A stretch of 61,956 nucleotides of DNA from Chara braunii. Taxonomy: Eukaryota > Plantae > Charophyceae. This document shows, in pieces, positions 36,478-48,987 of the stretch (positions within the stretch are counted from its first letter, which is position 1; each line of letters starts with the position of its first letter). The stretch is taken from positions 3,203,390 through 3,265,345 of the forward strand of contig BFEA01000015.1 in assembly GCA_003427395.1 (NCBI GenBank), read 5' to 3'. The notes under the pieces are model-generated. The model was not told the DNA's origin. It was given only the letters and a program-made list of their open reading frames with translations, and ran no database searches. The position numbers were made by a program, and so were the translations under genes.

Positions 36478-39400
36478 ATGGATGCACTACATGCTCTTTG
36501 TGGTAAAAATCCGGCTTGGTTGCGTGCTACTCAGAAAGCGGGCTTGGATCTAAGGTCTCTCAACGTAAATCGCCTTGTTACAACAAATGCAATAAAACGT
36601 AAGGTCGTTATGAAGCAATTGAAAGGAGTGGGTGGGAGGTGTTGGCCTGATTTGATTTGCATCCAAGAAACCCACGTCATGGATTTTTCTAAGCACAATA
36701 GGGCGCACAACCTAGCCTGGCCCTATCAGAAATACCAAGCCTATTCCACGAGCAACGAGTCAGCAGGGGTAGCAATCTAGGTATGACCGGATTCCAGGAT
36801 AAAAATTGTGTATTGTAAAGCCGATCAGGAACAGGGCAAATGGCTGGTTACGTTGGTAATGCTGGAGTTAGAACTAATTTGTGTTCTCAATATTTATGGT
36901 CCTAATGTAGTACAGGAGTGTAGAGAATTTTTCCAAAATATTAGAAGTCATATTTCTAGTGGTGTCCCAATCATCATAGCAGGGGACTTTAATGCGGCGC
37001 CTGATAGATGGTTGGATAGGTGGAGAATCCCTTCTCCATGTCCCTCCTATGTACAGGAGGACAAACAAATTATCCAACAACTATGCGAATCTGAATTTTT
37101 TTTGACGCATATAAGCGTCTTTGCCCACAAGAGAGATCATATACGTGTTTTAGAAATGTTGGTTCCCCCCCCCCAGTCAAGATCAAGGATAAATTTGAAT
37201 CTTATGTTTGGAAATCTAGACCGTGTCTTAATGAGGGTTAACATTTTCCCCCAAAGTTCATGGTCAGGGGTAAATCACAAAATGTGCGCTGTCTGACTTT
37301 CTTTCCGTAAGAAACTGGATCAGGGTAGAGGTTTCTACAAGCTCAACTCTTCCCTCCTTAAACGAAGGGACTTCAGAAATTACCTTCAGGATGTATGAAG
37401 TTTCTGACACTTTACCAAGGATAGACACGATTCATATATAGAATGGTTTAACAATGGGCTAGTTTATTTGGTCAAAAAGTGTAACGAATACTCTAAGATA
37501 ATCTCCAAGGAAAGATATAAGCAAGAAATGAATATTCAAGAACAAATTATCAAATATGAGCAAAAATATTTTCCAGAACAATTACCCCAATCAGTCGATA
37601 TCCTAGCACTCAGGAACCAACTACTAACCCTTGCTCAACGTTGTTGGCAAGGTCACCTAATCAGAGGCAAACTCCTTAAGCATTCGACAGAAGGACAAAT
37701 GAATACATTTTTTTTTTCCTCGGACGTACCAGAGCTAGAAGAACGACGATTGAAACCTTAATATATCCTCAACAGACACCACAACAGGATCCTATCACTT
37801 CAACCAACAATATGAAAGTGGCGTATGACGTCTTCCAAAATCTTTTCATCTCAAAGGTAGATGTGTCGGTTGTCGATCTGATCTTACAGGATTTTTTAAC
37901 CCCCATGACTCAAGAGTTATCGCAACGAAAAAAGGAAAGATTGAAGAATCATCACGAAGGACGAAATCTGGACTGCGTTGTTGCAAATGGATGAGGATAA
38001 AACTATGGGATTTGATAACCTCCCTAAAGAGTTTTGGGAGGCAATGTGGTTGTATTTTGTAGAGGATTTGATGAAATTCTACAAACAAGTTCAGGAAATT
38101 GGTAGTCTGAGAGAAACAGTTGGGCAAGGGATTTTAACCTTGTTATACAAAAAGGAAGATAAAATGAATATAAGGAATTATAGACCTATCACCCTGCTCA
38201 CCGTCGTGTACGAAATGTTGGTCAAGATCATCACGAATCGTCTCATTCCAATCATGCCAGACATCATTCACCCCTCTCAAACAGGGTTCATTAATTGAAG
38301 AAACATACAAGATAACGTATTGCTCATCAATGAGATGATTAAGTTGTCCCGCGGGAATCATCAGAATGCTGCTTTTGTTTTTATAAAGTTTATGATCATG
38401 TGGATTGAAAGTTTTTGATGCATGTTTAGCTAAGTTTAATTTTGGTCCAACAATATGTAGGTGGGTTACTATCCTTCACTCTAACGCCATTACGCGGGTT
38501 CAAATTAATGACCTACTTTCCCCTCAAATCCGCCTCCAAAGATTGATCGGGCAAAGAGATCCCTTAGCTCCATTTCGTTTTTTGATTATTATGGAGGCAT
38601 TAAGAGTTAACCCACGATCTAATCATAATCTTAAAATATTTCAGATTACAGGTATTCTGGAAGAAGCTATACCAAGTTGCTCTATGTTTGTTGATGATCT
38701 AACTATAATGATGGAGGCGTCCAATGATAATATGGAAGAGATAAAAACATTAATGGATAGGTTCTCCCTTCTTTCAGATATGATGGTCAATTGAGGGAGT
38801 AAGACATAGGGTTGTTGAATTCACTCTCAAGGGGATAGGCCTCATGAGAATCCAAGGTTCAAATGGATGCCACTAGAGGCGCCAATTAGAGTTTTAGGAG
38901 TTGTGCTCACAAGTAGGGGGAAACCAATCTCTAATGATGTATGAAGCACTTCCCTAGCAGTAAAAAAAATGAAGCAATGGAAAAATCAACATACTTCCCT
39001 GTTTGGTAGGGCATTGGTCATTAACAATGTAATCTTGGCTTCAATTTGGTACAAGTCTGCTTTGTGGTCACTAAACAAAGATCCGACTAAGGAACTCTAG
39101 GGACAGCTCACGCCCATTCTTTGGCGAGGAGATCACGAAACGCCTCATGTAATCCCCAGAGTGACATGGCAGGTTCTTATACAGCCAAGGTTCAAAGGAG
39201 GACTCAACATTTTGGATCCTACAATCCAGTGTCAAGCACTAACACTTCAATGGTTAAAACAACTAATATTAACAATGGATCTTTCATGGCAAGCATTGGC
39301 ACTGGAACAAATACGTAGAATGACTCCACAAACCACAAAAGATGTAAACCCACTCACTTGGATAGAGGACAGGTATTGGACTATTCCTAGGCCTCAAACA

Positions 39401-40850
39401 CACTCTCAAAAGAATAGGGAAGGGGGGGGGGGGGGGGTAAAAAAGGATCTAGTATTGGACAGTTTTTGGGCTACCCTATTGGAAACTTGGTGTAAACTTC
39501 CGTTGTCAAACAAATTGTCCTCTTCGAGGTATGAGGAAGTTCTACGATAACCAATTTTTGGCAATAGGTGGATCACTGACGCGCAAGGAAGGGTGTTCAT
39601 AAGTTTCACCCCCCGTGGTCGACTTTAGTTAAATACGGCGTGGTAAGGATCACGGATTTGTGGAATGCGAAAAACAAAAGTTGGAAATTTGTAAATCGGT
39701 TAAGAAAGGCTGTTAAGTACGTACATAATTTAATAGAGAATCTTGATCTAATCACTTCGTATATTCCGTTGGCGTGGGTGGCTGCCTTGAAAAAGGGTCT
39801 TACTTTTTTTGTTGCAGATTGGGTGTGTGCTCATCTGACCAAAGGTTACAGGGTAGTGGGGAAAATACTATATATTCATACGGATTGTACCCTAGTAAAT
39901 CTCTTTGCACTTCATAAGGACTTTTTCCTTTCACAAAGCAACCACGATAAGGTGATGTTCTTCCATTTTAACTCACTCACTCTATAGAGTGAGGACATTG
40001 TATTGTTCAGCCTCCAAAGGATGGGTTGTGTACGCTCCGAATATCCCTATACCAGATCTCCCTCTGGACCCAGCATCGTGGATCTGGTGTACCAACAGAA
40101 GATGCAAAACTCAGAAATTACAGTCGTTATCAGTTAAAACTTTGTATCATCTGTTACGCCCACGGGTAGATGTTCTTGTTGTTATACAGGAACGATGAGC
40201 TCGACATTAAATATTTATACGGATCTGCTCAGACCGATTAAGTAGTGCAAATGATTCAAGGAGAGACCTGCTAAGTTTGCGTCACTACAGTGGCATATTG
40301 TTCATCGTTGCTTATCAACTAATGACTGGCTGATTGACCATTCCACGTTGGAACAAAAGTGTAGCCCTACCGTGGTGTTCTGCTTGTGTGAAGGTCTTCC
40401 CTAATAGGAAGATAAGGGAAACAATTGAACACATATTTTTGCAATGTGCGGCGGCAAAATTGTTGTGGAGGCGCTGGGATTATGTATGGAGTAAATTGAC
40501 AGGTGTAGATTGGCCTTGGGACTGAAGGGCGATCCTCCTGGGTCACTGGTGCCCTGCCCTCATCTACTTATACACTTTTCAACAGAATCTATTTAACATT
40601 GGTAGAAAAGTCATTTTATGCGTTTTATGGTATAAAAGGTGTGTGTTTACGATGGAAAAGGCAAGGATTGAGGGCAGGGAAATGTCTGAGCTGGTACAAC
40701 AGTTCATAGAAACAAAATAAGGTCTCAATGAGATAAGACTAAATTTGGCCTTCAGACACTACAAGAAAAACAAGATATTAAGAAACAAATACAAAATTTC
40801 ACAAAGAACTGGCTGGGTGATTCTTCAAGAAGGAAAATGATAAATGTGGA
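36478..40850 (+). pseudogene. LINE ORF2 remnant (APE endonuclease, reverse transcriptase, zf-RVT)
   Basis: SLNVN, ICIQETH, GVAI, NIYGPN, IAGDFN; GFDNLPKEFW, NYRPITLL, SQTGFI, QRDPLAP, FVDDL, GGLNI; CSAC..ETIEHIFLQC; disrupted. Confidence 0.92.
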
Positions 40851-41961
40851 GTGGTCAGGTGGGGAAGAAGAAGAGATGAACTTCAAGAGGGATTATCCGA
40901 TCACCTTCCAGAATTGGTTTGATGTCCAGCCAGGAGGCACCTTGAGATCTCCAGAATCCAATCTGGATCCCTTTCCCCCTTCTGAGCTTGCTTTGGTAGA
41001 TCTTCATTGGTATGGGGGGGGGGAGGGGTAACGAGTTGTTGTTTTATCTTTAGTTTGTTTGTTAAAATCTGTTAGTCTGGGGGGTCAAATTGCCAGCAAA
41101 CACTTGATGTCAGAATAGGCATGATGGGATGAATGGGTATCCGGGGATTTACAGGAGGTTGCACCGCTAGCATTAGCATAGTCATCTGGCGGGCAGATTT
41201 TGGCTGAAGAGGCAACTCTCCTTCTGTCACACCTCTCCTTGAACCATGGTTCAGTAACATTTGTATGAGGGACGCTGGACCAGGTTTCCAACAACATATA
41301 TATGAGGGACCTTGGACCCAGTTTCCAGCAAGTGCAGCTCCCCACCAATAGAATGGAGTCGGTGGCCGGACTGCTCGTGGTGAATGCTCTTATCATCATC
41401 ACTAGCAACTCGGGCCGGGTTTTATTAAAAAAAAAAAAAAGATTCACTGTCGTTTTACACATGGTGATTCGAACTTTGGAACTGCCTATTATGACTTTTT
41501 ACAAAAATATATATTATTCTCTCATCTATTTAATCTTTCCCGGTAGTACGCATCTATCTCATCCTCTACTCAGTAGAGGATGAGATATGATAATTTTTGG
41601 AATTTCTAAGCTGCGCTATTCTGGACTTTGCATCTCAGGGGCAATGTCCCACTTCTCGAGGTTTTGTTCTGGTTTCGAGTGTACATGGCTCCTTGCCATC
41701 CGATCTGAAAATCTCACGGCCCTAGTGTGAGCACGTTGGAAATATACGAAACACAAACTAAGCCCCCGCTCGTGGGTCACGGCCCCTGGTCTCCAGTGTG
41801 GACGTAGTGTGATCTCGCAATGATGTGTGTATGTGTGTGCTCAAGGTGACGAGCAGTGAGGCTCAATGCAAAGTGCGATTTCGAGAGAGAAGAAAATGAG
41901 TATTCCTTTGAAAGCCTGCATCTGGACTTGTTCGTGGAAACGTGCATAATCATGGCAGTGT

Positions 41962-44683
41962 TGTGACGCCCCAACCTCATGCGCAACGCAATTTCCTGAT
42001 CGAAGTGGGATGGGGGCCCGAAAGTGCGAAAAGGGGGTGTGCCAAGGATTTTAGGATACTGGGGATGGAGTTCCAGGTCAGAACTGAAATCTCCTGTGGC
42101 AGGTCTCAGGGATAGTTGCGCAAGATAGCAAGTGTCTGTCGTGTCTGGCTTTTATGCCTTGGGGGATGTCATCGCCATCCCCTCGAGTTTCGTTGTCGGG
42201 GCCAGGCTCGGATTTGGTGAACCGGCGGAACGCTATGGGTGTCACGTTGCCTAATTAACCGCTGGCGTCGCTCGCGACGAGCCTCGGAGTCGGACGAAGC
42301 GGGCCTCAGGCGTAGGTTGTGTGCTCGCTGCTCGGACTCAGTCCAGGTTCGTCAAACGAACCCCGCGGCTCGGTACTCGTTGTCCTGCTGGCACTGAGAG
42401 AACGGGGTTCGTAGGGGGCGAGTGCGTGCCACGGAGCCGCCGTCAGGCAATGAAAGGGTAACACGAGACAATAGGGAGGGAAGTCGGTCTCAATGATGAC
42501 AATACCGGGTTCGGCGATGACGTGGCTCGCGTGTGAGCTGGGGAATTGGGAGGGAAATGGGATCACACTTAAGGCCCGTTCAATGTCTCACTCACATACA
42601 TTCCCGTTTCTAGTCTGAAAGGGGAATTTTGGAGGGTTGGGTCTGGGTCGTGCGAGAAGACAGGCGTTTTTCCACTCCCAGTATTCTCGAAACCATCGAT
42701 GTCTCAGGCTTTCCCGATCCGTGACGTGGAAGGGAGTCCCATCATCCATGTTGTCGAAAATTTGCGAGTTTAGACATGGATTCGAGCGTGGGTCTCACAA
42801 ATACACGTGCAGTAGGCGACGCCCTTTCCGGTCGAGCCTACACGTATGTGCACGAGGCCACGTTCGCAATCGGTTGGATCGGATCGACTGGCTATCCTTT
42901 GGGTGATCATCTAACCAGTCGACATGCCAGCCCCACGCATGACACTTACGTTCTCGAGTGCGCGTGTCAGGAAACAGACATCAAGAGGGTAATCAGAGGG
43001 AAATCACACAATTGAATCAGCATACATCTGCCAGGACCGCCGAGTTTTCGTTCGACTTTCCTTTCAATCCAAAAAGAAGGAACGAGGAATTGACATGCAT
43101 ACGTGCAATCCAACAGAGATAATGTCAATAATCGGGTGATTGGTCCGTCCGATAACTTAGTTTTGAAGACGCATTTCCCCAATACTCATGCATTAATCGA
43201 ACTCGAGGGTCGTGCAAATTTCCAAAAAAGCATAAACGAGAGATCAACAAAGGTTGATGCATCAAGCCGAAAAAGATCACATCATCACAACCCAAGCTCA
43301 CTGAGGTCATGCGCCGACAATCGTTGTACCCGATCTCAACATATTGCTGTAAAACAAGAATGAGGAGAGAAAATCAAGCCGATCACTGAACAAAACACGA
43401 ACCAGAGATAACCATAAGCAAAAGAGGGCCGACGCCACTTAAAAAAGTGACAAAATTTGAATTAAGCTAGCATCCAAAGATTGCGGGAGGAGGGGTGAGA
43501 GAAGCGCGCGAGTTCATTCCACACACACATCATAAACAAAAAATATGAGATGATTCGCAAGGAGATCCGAAATGGCCGCAACAAAATCGGCCAAGGCTGA
43601 AATCAAAATTTATACAGATGATTAGAGAAAGGCATCGTCCCACACACATCTCTCTCCCTTTCTCACTACGCCACATCACCTCCGATGCGGCCAGTCCATC
43701 GCCTCGCACCAACACCGGATCGTCACCCCGCTTAGTCCGAGCACGCAAGTCAAGTTCGCCCGTGCGCCATAGTCCGTCGTGGCCCACACGTCAACCCCGC
43801 CTACCCGGCACCAGCTCGTCGGGTCGCCCGACTCACTTATGCTCACCTTCTGACTTACTCGTTAGCCGATCCTCACTGACCGCGCTAACTTCGAAATTCA
43901 TAGAGAGGAAACTAATCGCGCTTGCACAAATTTATAGCGTGCATGCTTGCGCAATGAACCCGGGATTATGCCTAAGTGAGAGGAAGGGGAAGAGAAGGAA
44001 GTGCCTACGCCTGCATGTCCAAGCCGCGACATGGGGGACGCAGCCACACTCCACGCATCGATCCGGTCATGCAGTCACTCAGGCCAATTAGAGTGGAGGA
44101 CGAGGCATGTACGACAGAGAGGGAGGAGGCGGGGAAACATGAGAGAATCAAGAAGGAGTACAATTACAATTGCGCCCACCAAAAAATACAGTTACACGCA
44201 GGATTAAGGGCGCGATATGGTCAGAGCCAAGTCCCCACTGCGGTGAGAGGTGCGCAAGCAAGAAGCGCGGCACAACAAGATTTCATAGTACCTAAATTCC
44301 TAGTCTAAATCGTATTTGCAAAAATAAATTCCGAAAAGACAGAAAAACAATTCTGAGAGCCCGTGGGGGCTCGACATCAGTTCAAAATTTGAAAAACGAT
44401 ATTCCCGCGCGCCGATCACGCCAAAATTCCCGTCTCCCACAGCAGAACAAGAAAGAAGCTATGGCAACCGTTATTTATCGCTCTTGCTAAGGCGTGGTTA
44501 CCCAATCGTCTGCGCAGGACTTTCCCGGCCCCGGTCCCGAAAGCCAAAAAGAAAGAAGCGAGGGTATCCATGCAACTTGCCCAGCCGACCCATATCTCTG
44601 CACTCCACCCGACCAACCAGTCCCCAACCCCCGAAGCCGCTTCGTGTAGAAAGTCGCGCGATTACAGAAAACAGTTCGTCACA
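41962..44683. mobile_element. Intact solo LTR, 2722 bp
   Basis: TGTGAC..GTCACA; perfect 4-bp TSD GTGT; removing it restores catggcagtgtatctttccatg, matching uninterrupted paralogs near 31758 and 60775. Confidence 0.9.
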
Positions 44684-44827
44684 GTGTATCTTTCCATGGT
44701 CTGGCAGCAGATTCATAGATTAGATTCACTATCGTTTAGCACATTTCGAGAGTAGTGGAGCCAGGCCGAATAAATGCACTTTCCTGCCTTCCACTGTCAC
44801 ACAGACTAGTAAACTATACTATTCTAT

Positions 44828-45269
44828 GGGCCTTGTTCCACTACCCTCGACTTGGAAAAATCTCAAGGGCGGCGCCGTTCCACTAGGCCCTTGAGATTTG
44901 CTAATCACTATCGTAAAGTGATTAGCATTCCCGCCTGGTTAAACTCCCGCTCCGAAACTGAAGGGAGGTCGTAGGGTCTGCAGGCAAATTTCAAGTCACC
45001 TCCCACGGCCGACTGGTTTTTCCTCGATGTTCCTTGAAAACGGCGCCAACATGTGCCGCCAGGTGGTCAGAAGTTCCATGCAGTACCCCCGTCATTTGTC
45101 ACCTCCCACGGCCGAACCGGGCCGCACCCGCTCCTTGTGCGAGCGGGAACTGCAGGGTGTAGTCGAACGAAGAAGGCCTCTAGTATTTTTTAATTACGTT
45201 TTGGCTCAAGGGCGCCTGTAGGGCTGCCCTTGAGATATTTTCCAAGTGGAGGGTAGTGGAACGAGGCCC
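44828..45269. mobile_element. PIF/Harbinger-type MITE
   Basis: TIR gggccttgttccactaccctc / gagggtagtggaacgaggccc; TSD TAT; empty site is the reverse complement of 31411-31460. Confidence 0.85.
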
Positions 45270-46418
45270 TATGGCATGTGGGGCGAGGTCCCGGAACTCT
45301 TGGGCGGGCTGGAGAACGGGGGAAGCATTGATTAGTGCAGCTCTCTGCAGGACCAGCCTACCCTCGAGTTTCAAGTGGTGTGGAACGAGGCCCTTATGGT
45401 CCGTGCAAGTAGGAGGTCGCCCTTGGCCAGTTCCACTTCCCGCATCGGTTTCTTCCACGGGTAGAGACAGAGGAGTGCGTGGTTCAGACGTGAAGCTCGC
45501 GGTCCCCTAGTGGACCAGCAGCCGGCTAGCCGCTCTGCTAATGATCCAGGCAAAGCTACACGATGGAGGCAGCCGTGGTGGCAACGGCAGCCGCAGCCTC
45601 GCTGTCAGCGGCGGGCTACTATTCCTTGGGCGCTCTGTCGGATGGCCGTTTTTGGTTCCCGCCTCCGAAGTCAGCAATCTGCCGCGAAAGCGCCGCGGCC
45701 GCCGATCTCGAGATTCCCGCCCAATCTTCTTTTGGGGCATATTCGGTGGAGCGGCGGCAGCGGGAAAGCGTGCGAATGCAGTGCGCGCGCGGAGACCTCT
45801 CCTCCGTCAGCGGTGTCATCACCGCGCCAATCTCGTTTGACCTGCTGCGGCAGTCAACGGCGGGGAGCTATTCNCCGTCTCCCGCCATTTTTCGACCGTT
45901 TTCGACCATCGAGCGTCGACGTCGAAGATTTTCTTTTTCGCCTTCTCCCGCCATTTTTTCAATTTCTCTCGCCATTTCCCCACCGCCGCCTCCCAGCGTC
46001 GAACGACGACGTCGCAGCTTTTCTAGCTCTCCCGCCGTTTTTCAATTTCAACCCTCTGCTCCCGCCGTCGAATGTCGGAGGCGAAGCCGAAGCGGCAAAG
46101 CCCGGCCGAGCTACGGACATGATAAAAGGCGGCGTAGTGTCTGCTGGGCCGGCAATCTCGCCGCTCCTGTTCTACAGGACAGAAGACGGCGAGAGGGCAA
46201 CCAGCATTCTATTATTAGTAATAGTAATGTTACTACGGGTAGTAGTAGAGGGAGTGCAGGCAACAGACGAGGGAGTAGTAGTAGGAGGACGTGGGATCTC
46301 GAGGGCGGCGACGTCATCGCTGCTCCTCCGCATTATTGTCGTGGCTGGAGGAATCACGAAGGGTGCATCGTCTCCTCTGACCAGCCATTGATCCTCGAGA
46401 TCGGGGTCCGGAGCAACC

Positions 46419-46538
46419 GTACGTCCCACTCGTTGATTGGTTGTACGTCCCGGCCGTTGATTGGTTGTACGTCCCAGCCGTTGATTGGTAGTACGTCCCA
46501 GGCGTTGATTGGTATTACGTCCGAGCCGTTGATTGGTA
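46419..46538 (+). promoter_or_regulatory. Five tandem 24-bp units, each with an inverted CCAAT box and an ACGT core, upstream of P5CR
   Basis: gtacgtccc..ccgttgattggt x5, about 230-350 bp before the P5CR ATG. Confidence 0.6.
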
Positions 46539-46768
46539 GAAAAAGAGGGGGAAGAAAGGGGGAAAGGACAGGAAGAAGACTACTCGGCGAGTGTCAGTGT
46601 GTTGCCAACCAGGCAATCAGGACAGATTTGGGAGGAGAAGCAGAAGGAGGCGGAGGAGGAGGAGGAGGAGGAGGAGGAGAAAGAGGAGGAGGAGAAAGAG
46701 GTGGAGGAGGAGGAGGAGGAGGAGGAGGAGGAGAAAGAGGGGGTAATACCTCAACAACACCAGACGAA

Positions 46769-47593
46769 ATGGAGGGCATTACGGTAGGATTTGTAGGAGC
46801 GGGGCAAATGGCTGAGGCTCTGGCACGGGGCTTCAATCGGTCAGGGCTCGTTAAATTCGAGAAGATGGTCCTGTCCGACGTGGCAAAAGTGCGTCTCGAC
46901 CTGTTCAACTCGCTCGGAGCTACGACCTTCGCTGACGGCGGCGATGTTGCCGATCGCTCAGATGTGCTGTTTGTGGCGGTTAAGCCTCATGTCGTTAAGT
47001 CTGTCTTGACCCACTTGAGAGATAGCAATAATGCCAAGAAGAAGGAGCTACCCCTGGTTGTATCTATTGCAGCAGGAGTGACCATTTCCGATCTGGAGGA
47101 GTGGGTGGGTGAGGGTGCGCGGGTAATTCGTGTGATGCCTAACACTCCCTGCCTTGTCGGCGAGACGGCGGCAGCAATGAGCTTGGGAAAGCACGCGACG
47201 AAAGAGGATGCGGATTGCGTGAGGAGGTTGTTTGAGTCGGTCGGCAAGATTTATACCGTGGAGGAGAGGTTGCTCGATGCGGTGACAGGTCTGAGTGGCA
47301 GTGGTCCCGCCTACGTTTTTGTGATGATTGAGGCGCTGGCCGACGGAGGGGTTATGGCGGGCCTGCCTCGGGACATTGCCCTGTCCCTAGCAGCTCAGAC
47401 GGTACTGGGAGCGGCGAAAATGGTGCTGGAAACGGGGAGGCACCCTGGGCAGCTGAAGGATTCTGTTTGCTCGCCAGGGGGGACCACCATTGCCGCTTTG
47501 CGAGAGATGGAGAAGGGAGCGTTTCGAGGGACTGTCATGGAAGCAGTGCTGGCGTCCGCTAGGAGATCCAAAGAGATGTCTGAGTCGAAATGA
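46769..47593 (+). CDS. P5CR: Pyrroline-5-carboxylate reductase, 274 aa, intronless
   Basis: GFVGAGQMA Rossmann motif, LFVAVKP, VSIAAG, RVMPNTP, DAVTGLSGSGPAY, LKDSVCSPGGTT; normal length from MEGITVG. Confidence 0.97.
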   Translation: MEGITVGFVGAGQMAEALARGFNRSGLVKFEKMVLSDVAKVRLDLFNSLGATTFADGGDVADRSDVLFVAVKPHVVKSVLTHLRDSNNAKKKELPLVVSIAAGVTISDLEEWVGEGARVIRVMPNTPCLVGETAAAMSLGKHATKEDADCVRRLFESVGKIYTVEERLLDAVTGLSGSGPAYVFVMIEALADGGVMAGLPRDIALSLAAQTVLGAAKMVLETGRHPGQLKDSVCSPGGTTIAALREMEKGAFRGTVMEAVLASARRSKEMSESK

Positions 47594-48083
47594 CTTCTTA
47601 CTTTGTTGAGTCGCCGGTGCGCTGCAGGTGTGTTAGGTCCTGATCCGGCTTGTGAGCTTTAATAGACTTTTTGTTTGTCAAAAGAGCGAGTTGAAGAGTT
47701 CTTTTCCAACAAGTAGTATATAGTATAGTGAATGGAATTTGTCGATTTCCTTTCGGAAACTGTAAAAAAAATAAATAATAATAATAATAAAAAAAATTGT
47801 TCCGAGTCTATGGCCTTCACAACAATCGGGGAGTTTTCACAACAATTTTAAATTTATCGGTTTCCTGTCGCAAAACCCTTCTCTTGTCTTTATTATCTTT
47901 TTTTTTTTTTTTTTTTTTTAAACCTCTCTCGGAAACCCTCCTCGTCTTTGTTATCTATGTATTTATTCTTTAATTTCTTTTTATGTTAAAAATTTAGACA
48001 TTCCTCCCTTCTTCTTCTTCTTCTATTTATTCTTTTTAGTTCAAAATTTTAAACCTCTCTCGGAAACCACCCTCGTCTTTGTT

Positions 48084-48114
<31 letters not shown>

Positions 48115-48456
48115 TTTTAAAAGTTTCTGACTTTCCTCCCTTCTTCTTCTTCTTCTTCTTCTTCCTCTGCTGCTGCTGAGTTTTTTTTTCCCTTCTTCTT
48201 CTTAGCTTCATTCCCTGTTAGCATCCAAGTAGAATTATTTATGCTACTGGGCCAGGTCGCCTCGAAGGATTTCCCTGATTTTTTTTTTTTTTTTTTTTTG
48301 ATGTGGGTAATACGGAGCTGCGTTTCCATCTTTATCGCTTCAGCTTGTACGATTAGGCAAAGTTCTGTGAAGTGTGTTCGTCTTTTTTTTTTTTTTTTTT
48401 TAATTCATAATCCATTCATTAGCAAAATAGTGGCATTGAGCAGAGACTGCTGATGT

Positions 48457-48657
48457 TCATAGGGGGAGGGGACCGGAGGGGAGGCACAGTGACTGGCCCA
48501 TCGAAGAAGCTCTGTCCTGATGCTACCGGCTTACCCCTGGCCGGTATCGCCCACCTGCTGTAGCAGGTATCACACCTGCTGGTGGTTGCGGCTCCCGCAT
48601 GTTCCCTCGTTGGAGGCTTGAGCACGGGTGTGGCTGCTACGGGGTTCCCCGTAATAC
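48457..48657 (+). mobile_element. Retroposed 3' fragment with 5' inversion
   Basis: 48457-48510 is the reverse complement of 55677-55730; 48534-48657 matches 55731-55853 directly. Confidence 0.8.
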
Positions 48658-48987
48658 NNNNNNNNNNNNNNNNNNNNNNNNNNNNNNNNNNNNNNNNNNN
48701 NNNNNNNNNNNNNNNNNNNNNNNNNNNNNNNNNNNNNNNNNNNNNNNNNNNNNNNNNNNNNNNNNNNNNNNNNNNNNNNNNNNNNNNNNNNNNNNNNNNN
48801 NNNNNNNNNNNNNNNNNNNNNNNNNNNNNNNNNNNNNNNNNNNNNNNNNNNNNNNNNNNNNNNNNNNNNNNNNNNNNNNNNNNNNNNNNNNNNNNNNNNN
48901 NNNNNNNNNNNNNNNNNNNNNNNNNNNNNNNNNNNNNNNNNNNNNNNNNNNNNNNNNNNNNNNNNNNNNNNNNNNNNNNNNNNNNNN

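Larger units (their letters stand above)
32700..41440 (+). mobile_element. Decayed near-full-length L1/Tx1-like LINE
   Basis: ORF1 remnant with zinc knuckle, APE endonuclease, RT and C-terminal CCHC in order; 3' stem-loop and poly(A) at 41427-41440; 5' end approximate, no TSD found. Confidence 0.9.

Noticed and set aside
45563-46768. 402-aa N-terminal extension of P5CR in the 676-aa ORF (apparent fusion protein)
   Set aside because: GC-rich low-complexity sequence crossing tandem repeats, the CCAAT array and the GGA tract, with an N base; homology starts at M46769 giving normal length. A transit peptide cannot be fully excluded without TSS data.
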